From: an uncultured Bacteroidales bacterium
GTDB taxonomy: Bacteria; Bacteroidota; Bacteroidia; Bacteroidales; Paludibacteraceae
DNA: 64,000 nucleotides
Direction: 5' to 3'
Assembly (NCBI GenBank): GCA_902779705.1
Contig: CACZCR010000009.1
Span: forward strand, 1,684-65,683
Shown: positions 26,593 to 34,581 of the stretch, in pieces
How the letters are laid out: each line of letters begins with the position of its first letter
Numbering within the stretch: the stretch's first letter is position 1
Notes under the pieces: generated by a model
Databases searched by the model: none
Told to the model about the DNA's origin: nothing
What the model saw: the letters and a program-made list of their open reading frames with translations, nothing else
Translations under genes and position numbers: made by a program

Positions 26593-27422
26593 ATCTCCCC
26601 TCTAAACACCTCTTCCGCCGGTCCGGTCATATAGACCTGCTCACCCGGTTGCCATTGGATCGTCAGATCGCCTCCGGGCAGGTGGATCGTCACTTTCTCT
26701 TCGGTCTTGCCCTGACGGATAGCGGCTACGGCGGTAGCACACGCGCCTGTGCCGCAGGCCATTGTCTCGCCGGTGCCGCGCTCCCACACGCGTAGGTCGA
26801 TCTCTTGGCGGTTGCGTATGCACGCAAACTCCACATTCGTGCCTTCGGGGAAGTGAGGATGCGTTCCGATCTTCTCGCCCAGCGTGAGCATCGTGGAGGT
26901 GGTCACCATCCAGTCGTAGAAGAACACCGCATGGGGGTTACCCATGTTCACGTTCCAGAACGGCACCGTGCCGGTCTCCAGATCGATGCTGTTCTCTTCT
27001 ATCCTCGGCGCTCCCATGCCAACCGTCACTTCGCGCACTTTGCCGGCTGTTATATCCAGCCTCAGCTCACGGATGCCGGCCAGGGTGTCGATCGTCATCC
27101 GGGTTTGGGTACACAGGCCGCTCTCGTAGAGGTACTTACCTACGCAGCGGATGGCGTTGCCGCACATCTGCGCTTCGGTGCCGTCGGCGTTGAACATACG
27201 CATGCGGGCATCGGCTTTGTCGGAGGGCAGGATCAGCACCAACCCGTCCGAACCCACTCCGCGGTGGCGGTCCGACACCCTACGTGCCAACTTGGCCAAA
27301 TCGGCCTTGGCTATTATCTCGGCTGTGGTCTTGACAAAACAGTCTATATAGACGTAGTCATTCCCCAAGCCATGCATTTTAATAAAATGTACCATAACAT
27401 TCGCCTTTTCGCCATTCGCCAT
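26577..27422 (-). CDS. dapF: Diaminopimelate epimerase
   Basis: FIKMHGLGNDYVYID, active-site NADGTEAQMCGNAIRC and ...GETMACGTGACA. The start is ambiguous. The ATG at 27422 overlaps the glnA stop (TAATG). The alternative ATG at 27395 gives MVHFIKMHG. Confidence 0.9.
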   Translation of the reverse strand: MANGEKANVMVHFIKMHGLGNDYVYIDCFVKTTAEIIAKADLAKLARRVSDRHRGVGSDGLVLILPSDKADARMRMFNADGTEAQMCGNAIRCVGKYLYESGLCTQTRMTIDTLAGIRELRLDITAGKVREVTVGMGAPRIEENSIDLETGTVPFWNVNMGNPHAVFFYDWMVTTSTMLTLGEKIGTHPHFPEGTNVEFACIRNRQEIDLRVWERGTGETMACGTGACATAVAAIRQGKTEEKVTIHLPGGDLTIQWQPGEQVYMTGPAEEVFRGEIGLVE

Positions 27423-29629
27423 TAATGTATAAACATCAGTTCTCTGTATTTGGGCAGGGTCCAAAGTTCGTCATCGATGATCAGCTCCAGTGCATCGGCA
27501 TGCTCGCGTATCTCGGCCATCAGCGGCAGCACCGTATCGTGGTACGCAATCGCCTTGCTGCGTTCGTCAGGCTGGCGGTTAGCTTTGTGCCGCACCTCGG
27601 TCATGTGCTCCACCGCTTGGAAGATAGCGCCCGAGTGGTGCTCTATCTGCTTGATGATACTGTAGTCCATCTCGTTGAGCGTGGCCACCTCGTCGGCAGC
27701 GAACACCTGTTTAACGGCCAGCACGTTCTGCAGCAGCATGGTCTGGTAGCGTTTGGCGGCGGGCAGCACGTGGTTGACCACCAGATCTCCCATCACGCGG
27801 CTCTCTATCTGCAGCTTCTTGACGTAGGTCTCCCATTTGACCTCACTGCGGCTCTGCAGCTCGGCTTGGCTCAGCACACCCGTTGTGCGGAACATCTCCA
27901 CCGACGCGGGTGCCAGATAGCGGTCGATCACCAGCGGCACACTCTGCTCGCAGTCCAGGCCGCGTTTGGCTGCCTCCTTTTTCCATTCGTCGCTATAGCC
28001 GTTACCGTCAAAACGGATGGCTTTGCATGCTACTATATAGCGTTTGATCACATCAAACAGCACGCGCTCTTTCGGTTCGCCGGCACTGATACGCTTGTCC
28101 ACCTCGGCTTTGAACAGCATCAGTTGCTCGGCCACCGCGGCATTCAAGGCCAGCATAGCGGCGCCGCAGTTGGCGCTCGAACCGACAGCGCGGAACTCAA
28201 ACCTGTTGCCTGTGAACGCAAAGGGCGAGGTACGGTTGCGATCGGTATTGTCCAGCAGTATCTCGGGTATATTGGCCACTCCCAGTTTCATCTCCTTCTT
28301 GGCATTGATGATGATGGCCTCTTCGGCTTTGGCGTGCTCCAGCTTGTCGAGCACCTCGCTTATCTGCTTGCCCAGGAACACCGAGATGATAGCCGGCGGG
28401 GCTTCGTTGGCGCCCAGACGATGCTCGTTGGTGGCGCTCACGATCGAGGCTTTCAGCAGGCCGTTGTGACGATGCACCGCCATCAGCACGTTCACCAGAA
28501 ACGTGATGAACTGCAGGTTCTGGTACGGGTTCTTACCCGGCGAAAGCAGATTGACGCCTGTGTTGGTCTCTATCGACCAGTTACAGTGCTTACCGCTACC
28601 GTTGACGCCGGCGTAGGGTTTCTCGTGCAGCAGCACGCGGAAGTGGTGCTTCTCGGCCACCCGCTCCATGATAGACATCACCAGCAGGTTGTGATCGTTG
28701 GCCAGATTGACGTCCTCGTATATAGGTGCCATCTCAAACTGGTTAGGCGCCACCTCGTTGTGACGGGTGCGCACGGGTATACCGGCTTTCAAGGCTTCGT
28801 ACTCCAGCTCGCGCATAAACGCCAGCACACGTGCCGGTATGGCACCAAAGTAGTGATCCTCCAACTGCTGTGACTTGGCGCTGTTGTGGCCCATCAGCGT
28901 ACGGCCGGTCAGCATCAGATCCGGACGGGCGTTATACAACGCCTCGTCCACCAGAAAATACTCTTGCTCCCAGCCCAGGTTGGCATGTACGTGCTTCACT
29001 TGCTTGTCAAAGTACGCGCACACCTCTCGTGCTGCGTGGCAGAGCGAGGCCGTCGAGCGAATCAGCGGGGTTTTATAGTCGAGTGCTTCGCCTGTATAGG
29101 CCACAAAGACCGTGGGTATACACAGCGTGTCGCCGATCAGGAACACGGGGCTTGAGGGATCCCAAGCCGAGTAGCCGCGTGCCTCAAAGGTGTTGCGTAT
29201 GCCACCGTTGGGGAAGGACGATGCGTCCGGTTCTTGTTGGTAGAGGCTGTCGCCACTGAACTCCTCAAGCAGCGTGCCGTTCTTGAGCGTGAAGAAGGCA
29301 TCATGCTTCTCGGCCGTGCCGCCGGTCAGGGGTTGGAACCAGTGGGTGAAGTGTGTTGCGCCGTGCTCGATGGCCCATTTGCGTATACCGATAGCTACCA
29401 CGCCGGCTATATCGCGGTGGATGGTGCGGCCGTTGTCTACATCGTCAAACAGCTGTTCCAGAACTTCGGGAGCTATATACTCCTTCATTTTCTCGCGCGT
29501 GAACACATCCTGCGCAAAATAGTCTTTGACCCGTAATCCACTAACCCGCTCATTCACTAATCCGGTGATCCGGTCATCCATTTTCCGTTCAAACGCGGCT
29601 TTCAACGCCTCAAATCGAATATTTCCCAT
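27422..29629 (-). CDS. glnA: Glutamine synthetase, type III
   Basis: 735 aa, which is GSIII size, with the Bacteroidales-type sequence ...HEVAPNQFEMAPIYE..., ...GSGKHCNWS.... Confidence 0.95.
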   Translation of the reverse strand: MGNIRFEALKAAFERKMDDRITGLVNERVSGLRVKDYFAQDVFTREKMKEYIAPEVLEQLFDDVDNGRTIHRDIAGVVAIGIRKWAIEHGATHFTHWFQPLTGGTAEKHDAFFTLKNGTLLEEFSGDSLYQQEPDASSFPNGGIRNTFEARGYSAWDPSSPVFLIGDTLCIPTVFVAYTGEALDYKTPLIRSTASLCHAAREVCAYFDKQVKHVHANLGWEQEYFLVDEALYNARPDLMLTGRTLMGHNSAKSQQLEDHYFGAIPARVLAFMRELEYEALKAGIPVRTRHNEVAPNQFEMAPIYEDVNLANDHNLLVMSIMERVAEKHHFRVLLHEKPYAGVNGSGKHCNWSIETNTGVNLLSPGKNPYQNLQFITFLVNVLMAVHRHNGLLKASIVSATNEHRLGANEAPPAIISVFLGKQISEVLDKLEHAKAEEAIIINAKKEMKLGVANIPEILLDNTDRNRTSPFAFTGNRFEFRAVGSSANCGAAMLALNAAVAEQLMLFKAEVDKRISAGEPKERVLFDVIKRYIVACKAIRFDGNGYSDEWKKEAAKRGLDCEQSVPLVIDRYLAPASVEMFRTTGVLSQAELQSRSEVKWETYVKKLQIESRVMGDLVVNHVLPAAKRYQTMLLQNVLAVKQVFAADEVATLNEMDYSIIKQIEHHSGAIFQAVEHMTEVRHKANRQPDERSKAIAYHDTVLPLMAEIREHADALELIIDDELWTLPKYRELMFIH
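29528..29579 (-). repeat. 8-nt G-rich word array inside the glnA 5' coding region
   Basis: Coding strand GGATGACCGGATCACCGGATTAGTGAATGAGCGGGTTAGTGGATTACGGGTC, encoding (M)DDRITGLVNERVSGLRV. Confidence 0.9.
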
Positions 29630-29681
29630 ACTTTTGATGCTATTTTTCGTTTTTAATCCGATTAATTTTCATTTTCAACCG

Positions 29682-29713
29682 CAAAAGTACAACAAATATT
29701 TGATATATGCAAA
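29682..29713 (-). promoter_or_regulatory. Promoter of glnA
   Basis: Reverse complement reads TTTG, a 20-nt spacer, then TACTTTTG. Confidence 0.6.
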
Positions 29714-29789
29714 TAAAAAATGCATTTTTACGTAATTTTCCATAAATAGGAGGTATTTGTTCCGGATGCAAAAAAGTGTCATTTTGGGG

Positions 29790-29846
29790 TTCTTATCCTA
29801 TGGTTATCCTATGGTGATTGTATGGTTGTCCTATGGTGAAAGTAGG
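29790..29846 (+). repeat. Degenerate tandem array (TTATCCTATGG-like, ~12-13 nt)
   Basis: TTCTTATCCTATGGTTATCCTATGGTGATTGTATGGTTGTCCTATGGTGAAAGTAGG. Confidence 0.8.
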
Positions 29847-29925
29847 ACAAGGATTTTATAGAGGCTATAAATTTGTAAACCAAACTGAACAAAATTATTT
29901 TTTTTTGGACTTTTGGGCTATATTA

Positions 29926-29957
29926 TTTGCCATTTTGAAAAAAAAGCAGTACTTTTA
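29926..29957 (+). promoter_or_regulatory. Promoter of the LRR-protein gene
   Basis: TTTG (29926-29929), a 20-nt spacer, then TACTTTTA (an imperfect -7 box). Confidence 0.45.
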
Positions 29958-29986
29958 CAGCGGATTACGGAATACTTTACTCAATT

Positions 29987-30024
29987 ACCCATGAAGCACA
30001 AGTGCTGATTGGGTCTATTTTTTA
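29987..30024 (+). promoter_or_regulatory. Terminator-like hairpin in the 5' leader of the LRR gene
   Basis: ACCCA tga AGCAC aa GTGCT gat TGGGT followed by CTATTTTTT. It lies between the promoter and the ATG at 30083. Confidence 0.3.
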
Positions 30025-30082
30025 TTCCGGAGTAAGACTAACAAAACCAAACTGAACTAAACTAAACAAAACCAAAACGAGT

Positions 30083-32011
30083 ATGAAAAATGTAAAGACA
30101 ATATTTTGCCTTATTTCGCTATTAGTAGCCGGCATAACAAATGTGTGGGGAGATATCTATACGCATGATTATAATGAAAACATTAAAGGTTCGTATAACA
30201 CTTCGACACACACGTTGACTATTACCGGAACCGGCGCCATACCAAACTGCACCGATGGTAATAACTATTATGGCGGATACAATAGTGATATCACAAAAAT
30301 TATTATTGGAGAAGGTATAACGGGGATTGGCAGGTATGTTTTTGATGAATATACAAATGTGACTTCCATTACATTCCCTTCAACACTTACCAGTATAGCT
30401 ACTAATAATTTTGGTAATTCAAAGAAGATTGTTGACATTCATGCATCTAGTCCTAACCAATGGGCACAAGTTACGATCACCGCTACTTCCGGACACCCTT
30501 TTGGCACCATAGGCGGTGTTGATAGTGAAGTAAAAGCGGCACGCGGTTTTTACTTTAATGGCAGTAATAAGAAATCGCGAGCTCTTATATTCACACAAGG
30601 CCTAGACTCTGTTAGACAATACACTTTTTATAATGCTCGATATTTTACAAGTGCGTACATACCAGGCTCCGTTTCCAGAATAAACAGCTCATCTCTTACG
30701 TGCCTATTTGACACAGTCGTTGTTAATAAAATGGATCGTCCAATATTAGCAAATGCTACAACTATTAGTTTCAACAACCCAAGTGTTCTCATTGTGCCGA
30801 CGGGCGCGACAAATTTCACAGAAGCAAAATATTGGCTATATAGCACAGCTGTAGGCAAGAACTCAAGTGGAGCCCGCTCTAAAAATGAGCAAAACGTTAG
30901 CGGCACAGTAGATGGACAGGATTGGAGTTTGAGCACTAGCGGAGTATTGACCATAAATGGTTCAGGGGCGCTGAGCACCTCATTTGTCACTTCGTCCGGA
31001 GCGTCTCAATACCCTTACTACTATTTCCGCTATTTGGTGGACAAAGTAGTTGTTACCGGTGGTATTACAGCATTAAGCAATATTCTTCAACGATGCGAAG
31101 CAATGAAGGAGATTGATATCAACCAAGCAAAAGTTCCTACAGCATCATCTACTCTTCCTTCTTTGATTCATGGAGGGAGTATCACCTTTATGGTTAATCC
31201 GTTAGCACTTGGTGATGCGAGCGCAAGCAACTTAGCTTCAACACCTTGGACGGATGCTAAGTTTGGGGATTTAACATTGTCGGATGATGTAACTGTAGAT
31301 GAGACCGATTATAATGCAGGAACAATGCTTCGTAATATTCACAAGTACGTAAAGAAGAACATCAACTTGAAGTTCGTTCGTGCAAAAATGGAAAATACGT
31401 ACTTTAACACCTTCTGCTCTCCTATACCTCTTTCTGCAGAGGAAGTAAGGAGCATTTTCGGTGAGGCGGATATTCGAACATTAACGAGTTCCAGCTATGA
31501 CGAAGAAAGTCAGACATTGACATTAAACTTCTCTGATCCTGCAACACCTATAACAACCATCGATTCTGGTGTACCTTATCTTATCCAACCGGAAAAAGAG
31601 GTGGATTTCTCAACTATTACTTTTGAAAATATCGCCCCCCAAAAAGTGGTCACCAGTGCAAAAAAAGTTACAGGCGATCACGTGAACTTCTATGGTACAT
31701 TAGGAAAGGTGAGTGTTACAGCAGGACAAATTGCCAATGCGTCGTTCCTTTTCCTTTTGGCGGACAACAAGTTGACCTATGCTACAGAAGGAAGCCTGAG
31801 AGGAATGAGAGCATACTTCATCCTCAATCCTTCGGTTCCAGCCGGTGCTTTAGCGCATCGCCCGGTACTGAACCTTGGTGACGAGCAGACCCCGACCGCG
31901 ATTGATAAGACTCAGACGGAGGTGAAGGCAGAGAAGGTGATGGAGAATGGGGTGATGTATATCATCAAGAATGGGGTGAAGTACAGTGTGATGGGAGAGA
32001 GGGTCAGATGA
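30083..32011 (+). CDS. Secreted leucine-rich-repeat (BspA-like) surface protein
   Basis: Signal peptide, then ITKIIIGEGITGIGRYVFDEYTNVTSITFPSTLTSIATNNFGNS (LRR_5/BspA-type repeats). The C-terminal motif ...KVMENGVMYIIKNGVKYSVMGERVR is shared with three other ORFs. The gene is lower in GC than its neighbours. Confidence 0.75.
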   Translation: MKNVKTIFCLISLLVAGITNVWGDIYTHDYNENIKGSYNTSTHTLTITGTGAIPNCTDGNNYYGGYNSDITKIIIGEGITGIGRYVFDEYTNVTSITFPSTLTSIATNNFGNSKKIVDIHASSPNQWAQVTITATSGHPFGTIGGVDSEVKAARGFYFNGSNKKSRALIFTQGLDSVRQYTFYNARYFTSAYIPGSVSRINSSSLTCLFDTVVVNKMDRPILANATTISFNNPSVLIVPTGATNFTEAKYWLYSTAVGKNSSGARSKNEQNVSGTVDGQDWSLSTSGVLTINGSGALSTSFVTSSGASQYPYYYFRYLVDKVVVTGGITALSNILQRCEAMKEIDINQAKVPTASSTLPSLIHGGSITFMVNPLALGDASASNLASTPWTDAKFGDLTLSDDVTVDETDYNAGTMLRNIHKYVKKNINLKFVRAKMENTYFNTFCSPIPLSAEEVRSIFGEADIRTLTSSSYDEESQTLTLNFSDPATPITTIDSGVPYLIQPEKEVDFSTITFENIAPQKVVTSAKKVTGDHVNFYGTLGKVSVTAGQIANASFLFLLADNKLTYATEGSLRGMRAYFILNPSVPAGALAHRPVLNLGDEQTPTAIDKTQTEVKAEKVMENGVMYIIKNGVKYSVMGERVR

Positions 32012-32065
32012 GATTGGAGATTTTAGATTTGAGATTGGAGATTTGACATTTGAAATTTGAGATTT
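32007..32065 (+). repeat. 7-nt array (GATTGGA/GATTTGA/AATTTGA)
   Basis: GATGAGATTGGAGATTTTAGATTTGAGATTGGAGATTTGACATTTGAAATTTGAGATTT. It starts within the last codons of the LRR gene. Confidence 0.9.
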
Positions 32066-32218
32066 ATGAAGAAGAACTATATACAACCAAAAACAGGGAC
32101 CACGGCGATTGGGTCGGTGGGACTGATGCAGGCGGCCAGCCCGGTGGGACTGATACAGGGCGTGCACACTCCTATGGAGTGGGCTACCGGCGGCGCGAGT
32201 GCCAATGACGGAGTATAA
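32066..32218 (+). CDS. Small ORF, 50 aa (candidate small secreted peptide)
   Basis: MKKNYIQPKTGTTAIGSVGLMQAASPVGLIQGVHTPMEWATGGASANDGV. It contains an internal 24-nt direct repeat (GGTGGGACTGAT[G/A]CAGG). It is below the ORF-track cutoff. Confidence 0.3.
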   Translation: MKKNYIQPKTGTTAIGSVGLMQAASPVGLIQGVHTPMEWATGGASANDGV

Positions 32219-32242
32219 ACAAACAACCAAACAAAATATAGA

Positions 32243-33415
32243 ATGATGAAAAAACTACTTTTTATGATGGCGCTGTGTGCGCTGACGGTGGCAGCTAACG
32301 CCAGCACGTATCGCTACAAATGCGGTATCACCGGTATCACGGTAGATACACTGCAGAGCGCAAGCAAGAACCAGTTTACGGTGACTTTCACCCAGAAATG
32401 TAAGAACACGGCCGAGTACAGCTCGAAGCCGGAGAAGTACTATGAGTCGCAAGTGAAGTTGGTGCTCAACTCAGACGACCGCACCTTGGACGGTGTCTAT
32501 ACAACCGAGGGTGCGAGCACAACCAGCTCGAGCGCAAACGTCAACGACCAGACGATCAACCTGATCACCTCTGAGTTCACGATGGGTACGACCAGCCGTG
32601 TGCTGTGCCAAGACCAGACATCGACCTTTGTGATCAACAAGATCGACGACACCCACTACAGCATCGGTGCATGTACACTCTACTTCACCCAGCGTGTGAA
32701 CAAGACCGACACCTACATCTACGAGTATAGCTTTGACGCTGACCAGATCCTGACGGAAGGTATCAGCCAGACGCCGTATGTGTTCGGATGGGAAGCAGGC
32801 TATTTTGAACAGTTCTACAGTTACGACCTGACCGTCAACAGCCTGAACATCGTTTACAGCCCTACGGATTACGACGCTATTCGCTATTTCTTGACCATGC
32901 AGTGCACGGGCGTGAACCGCGACAGCCAAGAGGAGCGCAACTACGAGGTACAGCTGGCTATCTATCCCGACGTACAGGACATAGCCGGTTCGTATGCAAC
33001 CCAAGGTGGCACGCTGATGTATGCTTCTAACTGCTACGTCAAGGACCTGGAAGCGAACAAACAGCGCAACCTGGCTAACGACTCGATCAGCTCGATCAAG
33101 ATCGCGTCGAAGGGCAACAACCGCTACTCGTTCACCGGTGGTCCGCTGATCTGCACGGATGTGGACCTGAACTACCAGGCTGTGTATGGCAAGAAGCGCA
33201 TTGAGGCTACCCACTATTACTACTTCAACGACAACAACGGTCAGGGTATCGACTTCAGCTTTGATGGCGAGAACACCGAGCTGCTGCCGAACGAAGGTAT
33301 GGGCGTGGACAACATCCAACTGACCGAGAAGGGCAAGAAGATCATCCTGGACGGCAAGCTCTACATCATCCTGGACGGCGCAATGTATGATGCGCAAGGA
33401 AAGATGGTGAAGTAA
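32243..33415 (+). CDS. Secreted hypothetical protein, member of the family sharing the C-terminal motif
   Basis: Signal peptide MMKKLLFMMALCALTVAANA. The C-terminus GVDNIQLTEKGKKIILDGKLYIILDGAMYDAQGKMVK is nearly identical to the end of the 46717-48885 ORF. Confidence 0.7.
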   Translation: MMKKLLFMMALCALTVAANASTYRYKCGITGITVDTLQSASKNQFTVTFTQKCKNTAEYSSKPEKYYESQVKLVLNSDDRTLDGVYTTEGASTTSSSANVNDQTINLITSEFTMGTTSRVLCQDQTSTFVINKIDDTHYSIGACTLYFTQRVNKTDTYIYEYSFDADQILTEGISQTPYVFGWEAGYFEQFYSYDLTVNSLNIVYSPTDYDAIRYFLTMQCTGVNRDSQEERNYEVQLAIYPDVQDIAGSYATQGGTLMYASNCYVKDLEANKQRNLANDSISSIKIASKGNNRYSFTGGPLICTDVDLNYQAVYGKKRIEATHYYYFNDNNGQGIDFSFDGENTELLPNEGMGVDNIQLTEKGKKIILDGKLYIILDGAMYDAQGKMVK

Positions 33416-33438
33416 GCAATGTACCAGATGTACAAGAC

Positions 33439-33468
33439 AAAAAAAAGCGCTTTTCGGCGCTTTTTTTT
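33439..33468. terminator. Bidirectional-type hairpin terminator
   Basis: AAAAAAAAGCGC ttttcg GCGCTTTTTTTT. Confidence 0.65.
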
Positions 33469-33475
33469 ATTTTAA

Positions 33476-33507
33476 TTTGCATATATGCAAAAAAAAATGT
33501 ATCTTTG
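33476..33507 (+). promoter_or_regulatory. Promoter of the 33517 gene
   Basis: TTTG (33476-33479), a 20-nt spacer, then TATCTTTG (33500-33507). The ATG lies only 9 nt after the box. Confidence 0.6.
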
Positions 33508-33516
33508 CACCCAAAT

Positions 33517-34575
33517 ATGATCAGACGACTGTTGTTGACTATATTACTTGGTTTGGTTTCGCTGGCGTACACGGGTGCGCGGGCGGCAGAGAACGTGACG
33601 CTGGATATCGACACGGTGGTGATCACGTATCTGTCCACCGAATCAGACACAGCAGCCGGACGATTTGTCTATACGTTCAACTTCAGCCACTCGGAGGACT
33701 ACCCTACCGTGCTGGTAGATGTGATACTGACCGAGCCGATGGCGCTGGTAGAAGGCACCTACAGTCTGGCGAACGATTCGCTGTCCGGACTGCAGCTGGC
33801 GAGGAACCAGAACGATTTTGAAGCTAACCTGTTCTATGGCTCTGCCTACTACTGGGCCGACGCCTCGCTGACATTGAAGCAAGAGGGCGAACTATGGCGC
33901 TACACGATGCGCATGCGCGACGAGAGCGGCAACCGATACGGGTTCTCATTCTCGATGCGTCCGTACATCAACCTCTACCCCCAGCCCACCAACGGCAAGG
34001 ACAAGCCCTACGAGACCGAAGAGAAGACCATAACGATCCAGCGGTTTGTGGTCGATACGCTGCTGTGGACCGACGAGACAGTGGACAAAGACGGCATCAT
34101 CGACATCGTGATGACCTGCAAGCAATCAACCCAGTTCCGCCGGCCGTATATACACCTGGGTATGTACACCGACCAGCACTATCCGGCAGCCGGCACGTAT
34201 ATGTTGGCCAAGACCGAGGAGAACGGCACGTTCAGCTCATCACTGGGTATGTACGGCAACGTGATCATCCCGTGCTATGTGGCAGTGGTGCACGACGACG
34301 GCTATGTGACGGACATATGGTTTCTGACCAACGGCACGATACAGCTGAGCTACGACACAGCCGGACGACCGATAGTGAGCGGCGAGTGTTGGTCGTACTT
34401 CGGCTCAAGCATCACGTTTTACTACCAGCCGATGGCGCAGGGATTGGAGAATGAGCGGATGAGTGGATTAGGAGATGAGGGGATGAGTGGATGCCGCAAG
34501 GTGTTGCGGGATGGGCAGATGCTGATCGAGCGTGGGGAGAAAGTATATACGATAGAAGGACAATTGATAAAATAA
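33517..34575 (+). CDS. Secreted hypothetical protein, same family (C-terminal motif)
   Basis: MIRRLLLTILLGLVSLAYTGARA signal peptide. It ends ...CRKVLRDGQMLIERGEKVYTIEGQLIK. The track start (TTG 33505) lies inside the -7 box, so the ATG at 33517 is preferred. Confidence 0.7.
   Translation: MIRRLLLTILLGLVSLAYTGARAAENVTLDIDTVVITYLSTESDTAAGRFVYTFNFSHSEDYPTVLVDVILTEPMALVEGTYSLANDSLSGLQLARNQNDFEANLFYGSAYYWADASLTLKQEGELWRYTMRMRDESGNRYGFSFSMRPYINLYPQPTNGKDKPYETEEKTITIQRFVVDTLLWTDETVDKDGIIDIVMTCKQSTQFRRPYIHLGMYTDQHYPAAGTYMLAKTEENGTFSSSLGMYGNVIIPCYVAVVHDDGYVTDIWFLTNGTIQLSYDTAGRPIVSGECWSYFGSSITFYYQPMAQGLENERMSGLGDEGMSGCRKVLRDGQMLIERGEKVYTIEGQLIK
34441..34492 (+). repeat. 8-nt G-rich word array inside the CDS
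   Basis: GGATTGGAGAATGAGCGGATGAGTGGATTAGGAGATGAGGGGATGAGTGGATGC, encoding GLENERMSGLGDEGMSGC just before the C-terminal motif. Confidence 0.9.
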
Positions 34576-34581
34576 GATAAG

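Noticed and set aside
29640-30082. An invertible promoter (inverton) upstream of the surface-protein genes; also checked at 46440-46716
   Set aside because: I found only direct repeats. There are no flanking inverted repeats of 15 nt or more, and no nearby recombinase.
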